Assembly (NCBI GenBank): GCA_963792585.1
Contig: CAWBWI010000002.1
Location: 96,001 to 160,000, forward strand
Origin: Candidatus Eiseniibacteriota bacterium
GTDB taxonomy: Bacteria; Eisenbacteria; RBG-16-71-46; CAIMUX01; VGJL01
Direction: 5' to 3'
Length of the DNA: 64,000 nucleotides
The notes beneath the pieces are model-generated. The model was not told the origin of the DNA. It searched no databases and saw only the letters and a program-made list of their open reading frames with translations. Shown here one piece after another: positions 30,950-39,652 of this stretch; the first letter of the stretch is position 1; every line of letters begins with the position of its first letter. The position numbers were made by a program, and so were the translations under genes.

Positions 30950-31711
30950 CTACTCCCCACGCCATGACTGGCAGTGGGCGAAGTACTCGCACTCGGCGCA
31001 CCGCCAGGACGGGTTCGGGAAGAAGCAACCGGCCCGGATGGCGTGAGCGACCCGCTCGATGAGCCGAGCAGTCCAGGCGAGATCCTCGACCGTGCGGCTC
31101 GCGGGAAGCCTCTCGAGACGCGGGACTTTGGTCTTGAGGAGAGCGTCGATCCGAAGCGGTGGAACCTCCCCGGTTGCAATGAGACGGACGAGCGCGTACG
31201 TGGAGAGTTGGAGGTGCCGCTCAAGCGTGCCCGTGTCGAACGTCCGGGCGGCGGTCTTCAGTTCCACGAGGGTACCGTCGGCCTCGACGAGGTCGATGAT
31301 CCCCCGCAGACGCACGTCGAGCACTTCACCGGTTTCGGGATCAATGAGGTCGATCTCGAAGCGGTCCTCGATGAGCATGGGCAGCGTTTCGCCGATTTGC
31401 TCCACGTAGAGGGCGACGAGCTGGCGGCCTTTCTCCGCCAGGGAGTCCTTCGACTCCTTTTCTGGGAACACCACCGGCTCGAGGTTCTCCGCGAACCAGT
31501 CGGCGTCGAAGATCTTCGCGACGGTCTCCGGTTCCGGCCGGCGTCCGGCGAGCCGTTCCCGATGGAACCACTCGATGGCGGCGTGGACCGTAGAGCCGAA
31601 GACGAGAGCCGCGGGACGCCACGGCGGCGGGATCTGGTCGATGTAGCGGAAGCGGTACTGGAGGGAGCAGCCGAGGTACGTTTGGACGTGGCTAATGCTG
31701 AGGGGTTCCAT
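30950..31711 (-). CDS. RecB/AddB-family PD-(D/E)XK exonuclease with Cys cluster
   Basis: LSISHVQTYLGC, FGSTVHAA, RGIIDLVE..VELKT, QLSTYAL, CAECEYFAHC. Confidence 0.9.
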   Translation of the reverse strand: MEPLSISHVQTYLGCSLQYRFRYIDQIPPPWRPAALVFGSTVHAAIEWFHRERLAGRRPEPETVAKIFDADWFAENLEPVVFPEKESKDSLAEKGRQLVALYVEQIGETLPMLIEDRFEIDLIDPETGEVLDVRLRGIIDLVEADGTLVELKTAARTFDTGTLERHLQLSTYALVRLIATGEVPPLRIDALLKTKVPRLERLPASRTVEDLAWTARLIERVAHAIRAGCFFPNPSWRCAECEYFAHCQSWRGE

Positions 31712-32375
31712 GCGGGACCTCCTCACCCCGAAGCAGCTCATCGATCGCGACCGTGGCCTGCGCCTTGCTGACTTGGGCAAGGGCCGCGACGCCGAAGTGG
31801 CTCTTCAGATACTCGTGGGCCGCCTCGTTCTCGAGGCCTTGGCCGGCGAGAATCCGGAAGAGGTACCGGCGCTGGGCTTCGGTCATGAGCGCCCCGTTGC
31901 CATTGCCGGCGGACGCGGTGGTGCCGGAAGCAGTTCGGCCGCTGCCGCGAGAACTGCGGGCCGGCGGGGGAGGAGCACCCGATCCGAGGTCCGATTCGCC
32001 CGGCGGGAAGCCGTCGCCGTCCAACTCCTCGAAGGAGACGATGCCGATATTCACGGCATCCCGGAGGGCGCGGGCCTTCGCCCGGGTCTCGGCCATGCGG
32101 ATCAGGTGCGGGACGATGAAGGAGTTGACGTTCTCGGGAGTGGCATCGCCAATCCCGTCGAACCGCCCCTTCTTCGTTTCGACCAGAGCCTTGGCGATCG
32201 CTGTCCGGCCGTTTTCGTCCGTGGGGACTTGGACAAGCCGAGTCGCGATCCGTTGCAGGCCCTCGTCATGGGCCTTGGAAAGCAGCCCCTGATAGGTGAC
32301 CACCTCCTTGGTGCCGACGACGCGGCCGGTGCGGTCCTTGATCTCGATCGTGCGGATGAGGCCGTTCTGGCTCAT
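31692..32375 (-). CDS. Putative ssDNA-annealing protein (RecT/Rad52-like)
   Basis: YQGLLSKAH, GIGDA, RMAETRAKARALRDA..EEL, C-terminal TEAQ..LSKAQA helix module. Adjacent to the exonuclease. Strong RBS. Confidence 0.6.
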   Translation of the reverse strand: MSQNGLIRTIEIKDRTGRVVGTKEVVTYQGLLSKAHDEGLQRIATRLVQVPTDENGRTAIAKALVETKKGRFDGIGDATPENVNSFIVPHLIRMAETRAKARALRDAVNIGIVSFEELDGDGFPPGESDLGSGAPPPPARSSRGSGRTASGTTASAGNGNGALMTEAQRRYLFRILAGQGLENEAAHEYLKSHFGVAALAQVSKAQATVAIDELLRGEEVPHGTPQH

Positions 32376-32633
32376 GGAAACACCTCCTGTGTCGTGGGGG
32401 AATTGGGAAAGGGCAGATGGATGGAGAGCGAGTCTCCGAGATTCACGGTACGGGAGGTAGGGTGTTTGATGAAGGGAGGGGGATGTGCCGTTCTGCACAC
32501 ATCCTGTGGATAAATGGTAAGATGCCTCGGTTAGGGCCCAGAAGCCTAGGAGAGCATCAGATCCGCGGCAACGTCCGCTCGCCTGGTGGAGCAATCAGAC
32601 GCGGTCCAGGGACTCGAGGATGGGCACCTTCTT

Positions 32634-34028
32634 ATGAGAGACATGCTCTTCGTCAGCCATGCGAACCCGGAAGACAACGAGGCGGCTCGGTGGTTGTCGC
32701 TACAACTTGCGCGGGAAGGGTACCCGGTCTGGTGCGATCTCACTAAGTTGCTCGGTGGCGAGGACTTCTGGCGGGATGCCGAACAGGCTATCCGAGAGCG
32801 TACGGCCAAATTCCTATACGTTCTTTCACGTGTATCAAACGTGAAGTCCGGACCAATCGACGAGCTGCAAGTAGCCAAGAATGTCGCCCGAGAATTGCGC
32901 CTCGCTGACTTCATCGTCCCGCTCCGTTTCGATGATCTGCCTCCCCGCGATGCAAATATCAGACTGACGAACCTCAACATGGTGCCATTTCAGGCTAGTT
33001 GGATTTCCGGGCTGGCCCAGCTCCTCAAGAAGCTCGAAGAGGACGGAGTAGCGAAGGATCCGCGGTTCACACCACGGACAGTCGCAAGTTGGTGGCGGCA
33101 CTACTACCGCAGGGAGCGGGCACTGCGAGCCACAAGAGAGCAGCTCGTCTCGAACTGGTTCCAGATTTTGGATCCGGTGGCCCTGCAGTTCCACTTGCTT
33201 CGCTCAAGCGAAGAACATCACCCCTTGCAACTACCGGACGATTTGCCATACCCCGCAGTCCAATACGGTGAGTATCTTGTCTCCTTCGCAGGAGCGGGTG
33301 ATTTCAGTGATCATCTCGGACCCACACTTTCGATTATCGAATCAGAGGCAATAGAGATCAGCCGGACAACTGAGGCGGCCCGCCTTCTGAAATGGACAGG
33401 CGAACAGGAGTACAATGCCTTGGTGCGACTGCTAGATCTGACGTGGCGAAGATTCCTTTCCGGTCAGAAGCTCCCGCTCTGTTCTTTTGCGAACCACGTG
33501 GTGGCCATGTACTTCAAGGCCGGGACGGCGCGGGGCGGCCGCGTACTGCCGCCACGTCGCAACGGACGGCAAACATATCGGCAGGTGGTGGGTTTCCAAA
33601 CCGTTCGGAAGGCGACCGCCGAAACTCCAGCCAAGCTTCGACACTGGCACTTCGCTCTCGAAGCGCGGCCACTAGTTCATCCGTTCTTGGGCTACGCCAT
33701 GAAACCTCACGTCGTCTTCTCCGACGACGGCGAGGCAATCTGGGGGAACGTTGATCTCATGCACCGCGCTCGGCGCAGTCAGTGCCGGAACTGGTGGAAC
33801 GATGAATGGCGCGATCGGATTCTGGGAACGGTATCCTGGCTTGCAGGTGAAGCCGAGTTCATCAACCTGTGCGTGGGATCTGACCGGCGACTACGGTTAC
33901 GCGCGCTGCCAATGACGGTCACGTCGCCCGTTTCCTACGACAACTCTGACTTCCAGGGGCCACCCGTAGATGAGGACGAGGATGAAGCGGTCGAAGACGA
34001 CATCGAGCCAGAAGAACCACGAGCGTAG
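32634..34028 (+). CDS. TIR-APAZ protein (SPARTA effector)
   Basis: LFVSHANPEDN..WL..L..EGYPVWCDL..LLGGEDFW, catalytic E in IDEL, WHFA, RR..C.NWWN..WRD. Confidence 0.92.
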   Translation: MRDMLFVSHANPEDNEAARWLSLQLAREGYPVWCDLTKLLGGEDFWRDAEQAIRERTAKFLYVLSRVSNVKSGPIDELQVAKNVARELRLADFIVPLRFDDLPPRDANIRLTNLNMVPFQASWISGLAQLLKKLEEDGVAKDPRFTPRTVASWWRHYYRRERALRATREQLVSNWFQILDPVALQFHLLRSSEEHHPLQLPDDLPYPAVQYGEYLVSFAGAGDFSDHLGPTLSIIESEAIEISRTTEAARLLKWTGEQEYNALVRLLDLTWRRFLSGQKLPLCSFANHVVAMYFKAGTARGGRVLPPRRNGRQTYRQVVGFQTVRKATAETPAKLRHWHFALEARPLVHPFLGYAMKPHVVFSDDGEAIWGNVDLMHRARRSQCRNWWNDEWRDRILGTVSWLAGEAEFINLCVGSDRRLRLRALPMTVTSPVSYDNSDFQGPPVDEDEDEAVEDDIEPEEPRA

Positions 34029-34080
34029 ACAGGACAATCGGGAGCGGGCCCGACGGTCCCCGAGCCACGGACGTAACGAG

Positions 34081-35592
34081 GTGATTGTCCTGTCGGAGCC
34101 GGCGATACTCTTCGGGCATGGTCAGGCTGTAGAAGACCCGCGCGACGGGTTGACCCTGTTCGGCCCGTTGGACGAAGGCGCCCCCTATGGGCTTCGCGTT
34201 GGAGTCATCGGCACTGAGCAAGGGCTCGACCTGTATCGCTCATGGGTGGGCCGTATTCAGGGACCGCTTGCCAACAAGGCCGGATCTGTCTTCTCCGATC
34301 CGCCATTCCCCGGGTTTGAGTCCGTATTCCGCATTCCATGGTCACCAACGCCGACCCTGGCCGTGACTCTCGATGCCGGCGAGCTCGACCGGATCGTCCA
34401 TTTCGGCGATGCGCACCAGCGGGTCTTTAGCACGGTCAGCCTGTTTGCCGACCGCATTGCGAGGGCGGCCCGCACCGAGGACACGCCGGTCGACTTCTGG
34501 TTTGTCGTCATCCCTAACGTCGTCTACGATAATTGCCGGCCTAGATCGGTAGTTCCCTTTGCGGTGCGGACGCAGGATGAGGCGGTTCCCTATATCCGTG
34601 CGCAGCAAGCCAAGGGCCTTCTGAAGCAGCCATCCCTATTCCCCCAAGACCATGAGGCGGCGGCACCTTACTACTACGAGGTGGATTTCCACAACCAGTT
34701 GAAGGCCAGGTTGTTGCCGCATCTTGCGCCGACACAGATCGTCAAAGAAAGCACGCTTTCATTCCCGCCGCCCGAAATCCGTCTCCCGCTGAGCAGAGAC
34801 AAGCGCCGACTTCAAGCGGCTGTCGCCTGGAGCCTCACATCGGCCGCGTTCTATAAAGCCGGCGGTCGCCCGTGGAAGATCGCGAGCATCCGCGATGGCG
34901 TGTGTTACATCGGTTTGGTATTCAAGCAGGATATTACGCAGGCGGATCCGCGGATGGCATGTTGCGCGGCTCAGATGTTTCTTGATTCCGGCGATGGTGT
35001 CGTCTTCCGAGGCGCAGTTGGCCCATGGCTTGTCCCGGACCGACAGGTGTTTCATCTCAGTCGCTCTGCTGCCCGCGAACTGGTTACCATGGCAGTGTCC
35101 GCCTACAAGGACAAGGTTGGCCGGCCGCCAAGTGAACTCTTCATTCACGGCAAGGCGTTCTTTGAAGATGATGAATGGGGCGGCTTCCAGGAAAGCGTCG
35201 ATCCGTCGGTAACTAACCTCGTCGGCGTCCGTATTCGGGAGGAGCGCGACTTGCGGCTGTACCGGCCGGGCACGCACCCGGTCCTCCGTGGTACTGCGTA
35301 CACGCGCAATCGGCATTCGGCATATCTCTGGACCAGGGGATTTGCTCCCCAGCTTCGGACATATGTTGGCCGCGAGGTCCCGAGACCGCTGCGGATCGAT
35401 GTTTTGCGAGGGGAGGTCGAACTCCCCATCGTCCTCGCCGACATTCTTGCGCTCACGAAGCTGAACTTCAATACGTGCATCTTCGCGGATGGCATACCGG
35501 TCACACTAAGATTCGCAGACGCCGTTGGAGAGATTCTCACTGCGGGGCCCGTAGGTCAGAAAAACCCGCTGGCGTTCAAGTACTACATTTGA
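34081..35592 (+). CDS. Short prokaryotic Argonaute (MID-PIWI), SPARTA
   Basis: EP..FG..EDPRDGL.LFGP, FHNQLKARLL, TQIVKEST, YKAGGRPW, VCYIGLVFK, ELFIHG, LTKLNFN, PVTLRFAD, PLAFKYYI. Frame is open from 33970. Confidence 0.95.
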   Translation: MIVLSEPAILFGHGQAVEDPRDGLTLFGPLDEGAPYGLRVGVIGTEQGLDLYRSWVGRIQGPLANKAGSVFSDPPFPGFESVFRIPWSPTPTLAVTLDAGELDRIVHFGDAHQRVFSTVSLFADRIARAARTEDTPVDFWFVVIPNVVYDNCRPRSVVPFAVRTQDEAVPYIRAQQAKGLLKQPSLFPQDHEAAAPYYYEVDFHNQLKARLLPHLAPTQIVKESTLSFPPPEIRLPLSRDKRRLQAAVAWSLTSAAFYKAGGRPWKIASIRDGVCYIGLVFKQDITQADPRMACCAAQMFLDSGDGVVFRGAVGPWLVPDRQVFHLSRSAARELVTMAVSAYKDKVGRPPSELFIHGKAFFEDDEWGGFQESVDPSVTNLVGVRIREERDLRLYRPGTHPVLRGTAYTRNRHSAYLWTRGFAPQLRTYVGREVPRPLRIDVLRGEVELPIVLADILALTKLNFNTCIFADGIPVTLRFADAVGEILTAGPVGQKNPLAFKYYI

Positions 35593-35599
35593 TCTCAGA

Positions 35600-35842
35600 T
35601 CACCCTTCCTCTGCGCCAATGGGTTCAGGACGTGATTGCCTTCGGACAGCGATGGCAACCGCCAGCGCATCGAACATGCGGAGCCAGTACTTGTTCCTCG
35701 GCTTGAACCCGAGCGCCGGATGCAGCGTTTCCTTCGGCAGCTTCGCCGGCAAGGACTCGAACCCCATCGCCACGATTGCCTGGGCGACGCGGTGTTTCGC
35801 TCGGGGAACGGGGGCCACGATCGTCGACGCGGTATGTTTCAA
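35600..35842 (-). repeat. Diverged copy of the 3' part of the RuvC-like gene at 36549..37055
   Basis: KLPKETLHPALGFKPRNKYWLRMFDALAVAIAVR versus KLPEEPPHPFLGYKPKDKYWLHMFDALAVALAVR. Confidence 0.85.
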
Positions 35843-36090
35843 CCCGGCGCTCTTGTCGTGACGGGCGCACCTCCGCTAGCGTTCAGGCGAGCCCTCGGGG
35901 GAACTCGAGCAAGCCACTGGCGTATAGCAGATCGAGACGTCTGAAGGCCTCGCCCCGAACCGCCGCGGGATCGACTCTCGAAACCGTGACCTTCCACGTT
36001 TCCGGTCGAATGAGGTACGTAATGAAGCGTGGCTTCGCCCGGATCGTTCCTCTTCGTGAGACCAGGCCGCCATCCGCCGGAATCGGGAGC

Positions 36091-36510
36091 ATGCTGCCTC
36101 AGGGCCTTCCCGTCCTGGTCATGGTCCTCTGCGCCTGCGGATCCAGTCCGCGTCCACGGTCCGTCCCACCCTACCCCGAGAGCCTGACGGGGGAGGCCCA
36201 GACGACCTATGTGAGCTACATCACGGCCGTGCAGGCCGGGCGGGAGCCGGTGGACGACTTCACGATCCCGCCCCGGTATTGGACAGAGGCCGTCCGGGCG
36301 CTGCACCCACTCAGGGTCTACGTGCACGAGACTAACGTAGCCGTCGTCCAGAAGATGGTCGGGGACGTGGAGCATGGGATCTATATCTCAGTCCCGGTGT
36401 CGTCCTACCTGCCCCGATCGGGCGACGACGGATTCGAGTTCACTCCTGATCCCCGGACCGCCCGGCGGGTCACCGGTATCTACGAGTTCCGGAGGACGAA
36501 GACCCGATAG
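36091..36510 (+). CDS. Hypothetical lipoprotein
   Basis: Hydrophobic segment with lipobox-like LCAC followed by a globular region. Confidence 0.55.
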   Translation: MLPQGLPVLVMVLCACGSSPRPRSVPPYPESLTGEAQTTYVSYITAVQAGREPVDDFTIPPRYWTEAVRALHPLRVYVHETNVAVVQKMVGDVEHGIYISVPVSSYLPRSGDDGFEFTPDPRTARRVTGIYEFRRTKTR

Positions 36511-36548
36511 TCCCCACTTGGCCGGCGATGACGTGCCTCCGGAACCGG

Positions 36549-37055
36549 TCAGTGATTCCGGACCGCCAGCGCCACCGCCAGCGCATCGAACATGTGGAGC
36601 CAATACTTGTCCTTGGGCTTATAGCCAAGGAAGGGGTGAGGCGGTTCCTCCGGGAGCTTCACAGCTAGGGCCGGAAACAGTTTGATGAGCGCCAGTGCGA
36701 CATCGAGCTTCTTGGCGTGCTGATTGCCAACGACGATCCGACGGACCTCCCGGGGTGAGATCTCAACGACCCTCAGCCCGACCTCCCGAGAACGGGCATG
36801 GAGTTCCTGCGCGATGACCGAGACAAGCGCGGCGCGTTGGGTGGGGAACAGTAGGGGTTTCTCGATCGCCACGATCGATGGTGCGTAGTCCTCAACGTAT
36901 CCAAGCACGACCCGGCGAGCCTGCCCGATCACGTCATTCGGCCGCTCGCCGTTCTTCAGCGTCTTGACACCGAAGGCGAGAAGCGTGGCGCCCTGAATGA
37001 CGGCGATGCCCATCTCCTTGGTGCCGGGATCAATACCCAAGATGATCTCCTCCAT
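36549..37055 (-). CDS. RuvC-like Holliday-junction resolvase
   Basis: ILGIDPG, VAIEKP, MFDALAVA. Confidence 0.85.
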   Translation of the reverse strand: MEEIILGIDPGTKEMGIAVIQGATLLAFGVKTLKNGERPNDVIGQARRVVLGYVEDYAPSIVAIEKPLLFPTQRAALVSVIAQELHARSREVGLRVVEISPREVRRIVVGNQHAKKLDVALALIKLFPALAVKLPEEPPHPFLGYKPKDKYWLHMFDALAVALAVRNH

Positions 37056-37236
37056 GATGTTTGTGGGTGTGTTACGGATGTAAGCGCGTGCGAGGTGGTG
37101 CCCTCCCGATGAAGACCGCGACGGTGCGGGCTCCGTCTTGCTCGGGATTCCCGCGGTTGTCCGCGGCGGCGGTCCGCAAGATGAAGGCCGCCTGACGACT
37201 CAGCCGAAGAATCGGCTGCGGGAGGGCGGGTGATGC

Positions 37237-37737
37237 TCAGGCCGATTGGGCCTGATGGTGAAGGGCCAAGGCGACAGCATCAAACATGTTCTGGAAGTAG
37301 GCTTCCTTCCAGCGCCGGTCCTGCGTGAGATAGACCCGCAGGGCGGGCAGGCGCCAAGCGACCGCCTCGGCTGTCTGGCGTTTGTTGGCCCAGCCATGGC
37401 CAACGATGGACTTCCGGACGGTCTGGGGTGCGTAGCTGGCGACCGAGACGCCTTTGAGCATCGCCAGCCTTCGGATCCGCCGGGCCAGTTGCTCAAGCCG
37501 GTTGAGCGAGCTGATCCCGTTCCGATGCGTCGCCTCAATCACCACGACCGCGGGACGAAAGTGACCGATCCAGCCGTTGACCGCCTGGACGGCGGCCGGA
37601 AAGCGACGGCGAGGCGGAAGGAACCGAAGGGGATAGACCCCGGACTCGATCAGACTCCGGCCGCGAACAATGGCATACCCGAGATCCCGGAGACCGGGAT
37701 CAAGGGCGAGGATTGTCTTCACTGTGGCTTTGGGCAT
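37237..37737 (-). CDS. Second RuvC-like resolvase
   Basis: ILALDPGLRDLGYA, VVIE, VRKSIVGHGWANK, MFDAVALA. Confidence 0.85.
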   Translation of the reverse strand: MPKATVKTILALDPGLRDLGYAIVRGRSLIESGVYPLRFLPPRRRFPAAVQAVNGWIGHFRPAVVVIEATHRNGISSLNRLEQLARRIRRLAMLKGVSVASYAPQTVRKSIVGHGWANKRQTAEAVAWRLPALRVYLTQDRRWKEAYFQNMFDAVALALHHQAQSA

Positions 37738-38254
37738 GGCGTTTGAGAAGGTAAAGAAATAAGGCGGTGCGCGATCGGCGGATCTCTCCAGCCGGGACGG
37801 CGAGGGTGCCGGCCAGCGCGCGTTTGATGGTCTCATCATCATGGGCCTCGAGCGCCGATTCAAGTGACGCCCGGTTGCCGGCCTCTCCTAGCGCCCGTTC
37901 GAGCTTTCCGGCCGTGAAGAACCGCTTGGGAGCCGGCGGGGATTCCGCCTGAACCGGCGCTTCGGGAAGATGCCGGATCGTCACGCGGAGGGCTTGCCCG
38001 GACCGCTCCAGGCTCACGTACCGTCGTGTTCGCAGATGCCCGAGCCAGCTTCGAACGGTTTCGGCAGGAACCCCCATGGCGGAAGCGATCTCCGCCGGGT
38101 CCAGGTCCAGCGCGTTCTGTTTGGCGGGCAGTCGGGCCAAGAGGCCTAGGTAGAGCCAGACGGCGGAGTGCATGCGGTGGATGTGGAGCGCCTGGGGATG
38201 CTCCAGGAGTCCGCGGTCGAATCGGATCGTGATCGGCATGGCTTGACGGGTCAT
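37700..38254 (-). CDS. wHTH protein, replication-initiator-like (paralogue 2)
   Basis: AVWLYL..EIASAMGVPAETVRSWLGHL; C-terminal IRRSRTALFLYL. Confidence 0.6.
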   Translation of the reverse strand: MTRQAMPITIRFDRGLLEHPQALHIHRMHSAVWLYLGLLARLPAKQNALDLDPAEIASAMGVPAETVRSWLGHLRTRRYVSLERSGQALRVTIRHLPEAPVQAESPPAPKRFFTAGKLERALGEAGNRASLESALEAHDDETIKRALAGTLAVPAGEIRRSRTALFLYLLKRHAQSHSEDNPRP

Positions 38255-38865
38255 CGGTCGGTCTTGTCGTTAGCGATGAGATAGCGGAACAGGGCGAGGC
38301 GGGACTTGCGAATCCGGTCCGCTGGCGTGCGCCGCACCCGCTCCAGCACGCGGGCGACATGCGCAGCGGTATGCCGCGACAGGATCGTCGGCAGCTCGGC
38401 CACGATCGCGGGCCCGACTGCCTCCAGGGCAAGCTTGCGAAGCGCCCCTTCCCCCGCACCCCCATCCCCGATAGCTATAGCCTGATTGCCTAATAGCTTA
38501 TTGCTCTGATAGCTATAGCTATCTTCCATATGTGCCTTCGGAAAAGCCTCGGAATGGCTCGGATTCTCGCGCTCGGACGGGCTTTCGCCAGACCACGAAA
38601 CGAGGCGGGCGACAAGGTACGGCAGCGGCGAAAGCACGCGGACCAGCCCGGCGGCGACCAGGCGAGAAATCCATCGGTCAATGCGATCTTCCGTCACCTC
38701 GAGTTCACCGGCGAGGCGCACCCGAGTCGCGACCACTGTGCCTTTGGGTCCGGCGCGGCCAATCAAAACCACGTACAGGAACAGACCGTTTCCGATTGAG
38801 TCAACCGAGTGGGGTACACGAATCGCCGCGTCAAGGGCGTGGGTTGGAATACGCCGTCCGGTCAC
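38251..38865 (-). CDS. wHTH protein, replication-initiator-like (paralogue 1)
   Basis: GLFLYV..LAGELEVTEDRIDRWISRL; C-terminal IRKSRLALFRYL. Confidence 0.6.
   Translation of the reverse strand: MTGRRIPTHALDAAIRVPHSVDSIGNGLFLYVVLIGRAGPKGTVVATRVRLAGELEVTEDRIDRWISRLVAAGLVRVLSPLPYLVARLVSWSGESPSERENPSHSEAFPKAHMEDSYSYQSNKLLGNQAIAIGDGGAGEGALRKLALEAVGPAIVAELPTILSRHTAAHVARVLERVRRTPADRIRKSRLALFRYLIANDKTDR
38470..38523. repeat. AT-rich ATAGCT repeats including a perfect 16-bp palindrome (candidate origin)
   Basis: GATAGCTATAGC at 38470, ATAGCT at 38493, GATAGCTATAGCTATC at 38508-38523. Confidence 0.55.
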
Positions 38866-39137
38866 TGAGGGTCGGGGTTAGGATCATCATCGTGCTTCGG
38901 GAAGTAGAGCGCGGCATACAGGGACTCGGCCAGAGTGCCGAGTGCGCGAGCCAGGCGGAACACGTCCGGCAGGCTGGGGAGCTTCTGCCCGCGCTCCCAC
39001 GTCCCCACGACCTTGCGACCCCTCCCTATGACCCCTGCCAGCGCGGCTTGATTCAGGCCGGCCCGGAGTCTGTATTCGCGGATGCGGTTCGGAAACCGGA
39101 TCTTGCCGCGGGATCTTCGAAGCGTGAACTGGAGCAT
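38862..39137 (-). CDS. XRE-family HTH regulator
   Basis: NRIREYRLRAGLNQAALA..VGTWERGQKLPSL..LARALG. Confidence 0.9.
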   Translation of the reverse strand: MLQFTLRRSRGKIRFPNRIREYRLRAGLNQAALAGVIGRGRKVVGTWERGQKLPSLPDVFRLARALGTLAESLYAALYFPKHDDDPNPDPQ

Positions 39138-39347
39138 GAGTTCAGAATACCGACGCGGAGAACCGCAGAAAAGAGGGGGCGATGTGCACAAATTGGCACT
39201 TCTTGTGGAAAACGATCGCGTGTGGGCCGGTTCGATGCGGACCTTAGCGCAGTTGGTCAGCGGCGGACGTATTTGTTCCCATGAGTTCCTCAATCGGAGC
39301 CATCATCCCCCCTGTGACGGCGCGGGTCACTGTGGCACGATGGAAGC

Positions 39348-39554
39348 ATGCCTCTTCAAAGCGACCCGCAATCAGCCGGGGAAACAACATCCGGACCAGT
39401 GTTGACCGCCCAGGACATCCGCGAATTCCAGGACATCGTGGAATCCGAAACCGGCGTGCGCCTGGAGGACGCGGCGGCGTGGTCGAGCGCAACCGAACTG
39501 ATCGCGCTGTGTCGCATGCTCCTGGGCCGGATCCCGGAAGATCCCGAATCCTAG
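39348..39554 (+). CDS. Small helical protein upstream of the serine recombinase
   Basis: LTAQDIREFQDIVESETGVRLEDAAAWSSATELIAL. Confidence 0.55.
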   Translation: MPLQSDPQSAGETTSGPVLTAQDIREFQDIVESETGVRLEDAAAWSSATELIALCRMLLGRIPEDPES

Positions 39555-39652
39555 CGATGTTTCGCGAGTTCGAACGTCGTCCCGACTTGTGCGTTTTCCG
39601 ATTTAACGGGACAATGACTTCCGCCTTTTCAACTTCTCTGTTTCAACGTCCC

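Noticed and set aside
30950..31711. Cas4 / CRISPR adaptation gene
   Set aside because: No cas1/cas2 or array. The context fits a recombination exonuclease.
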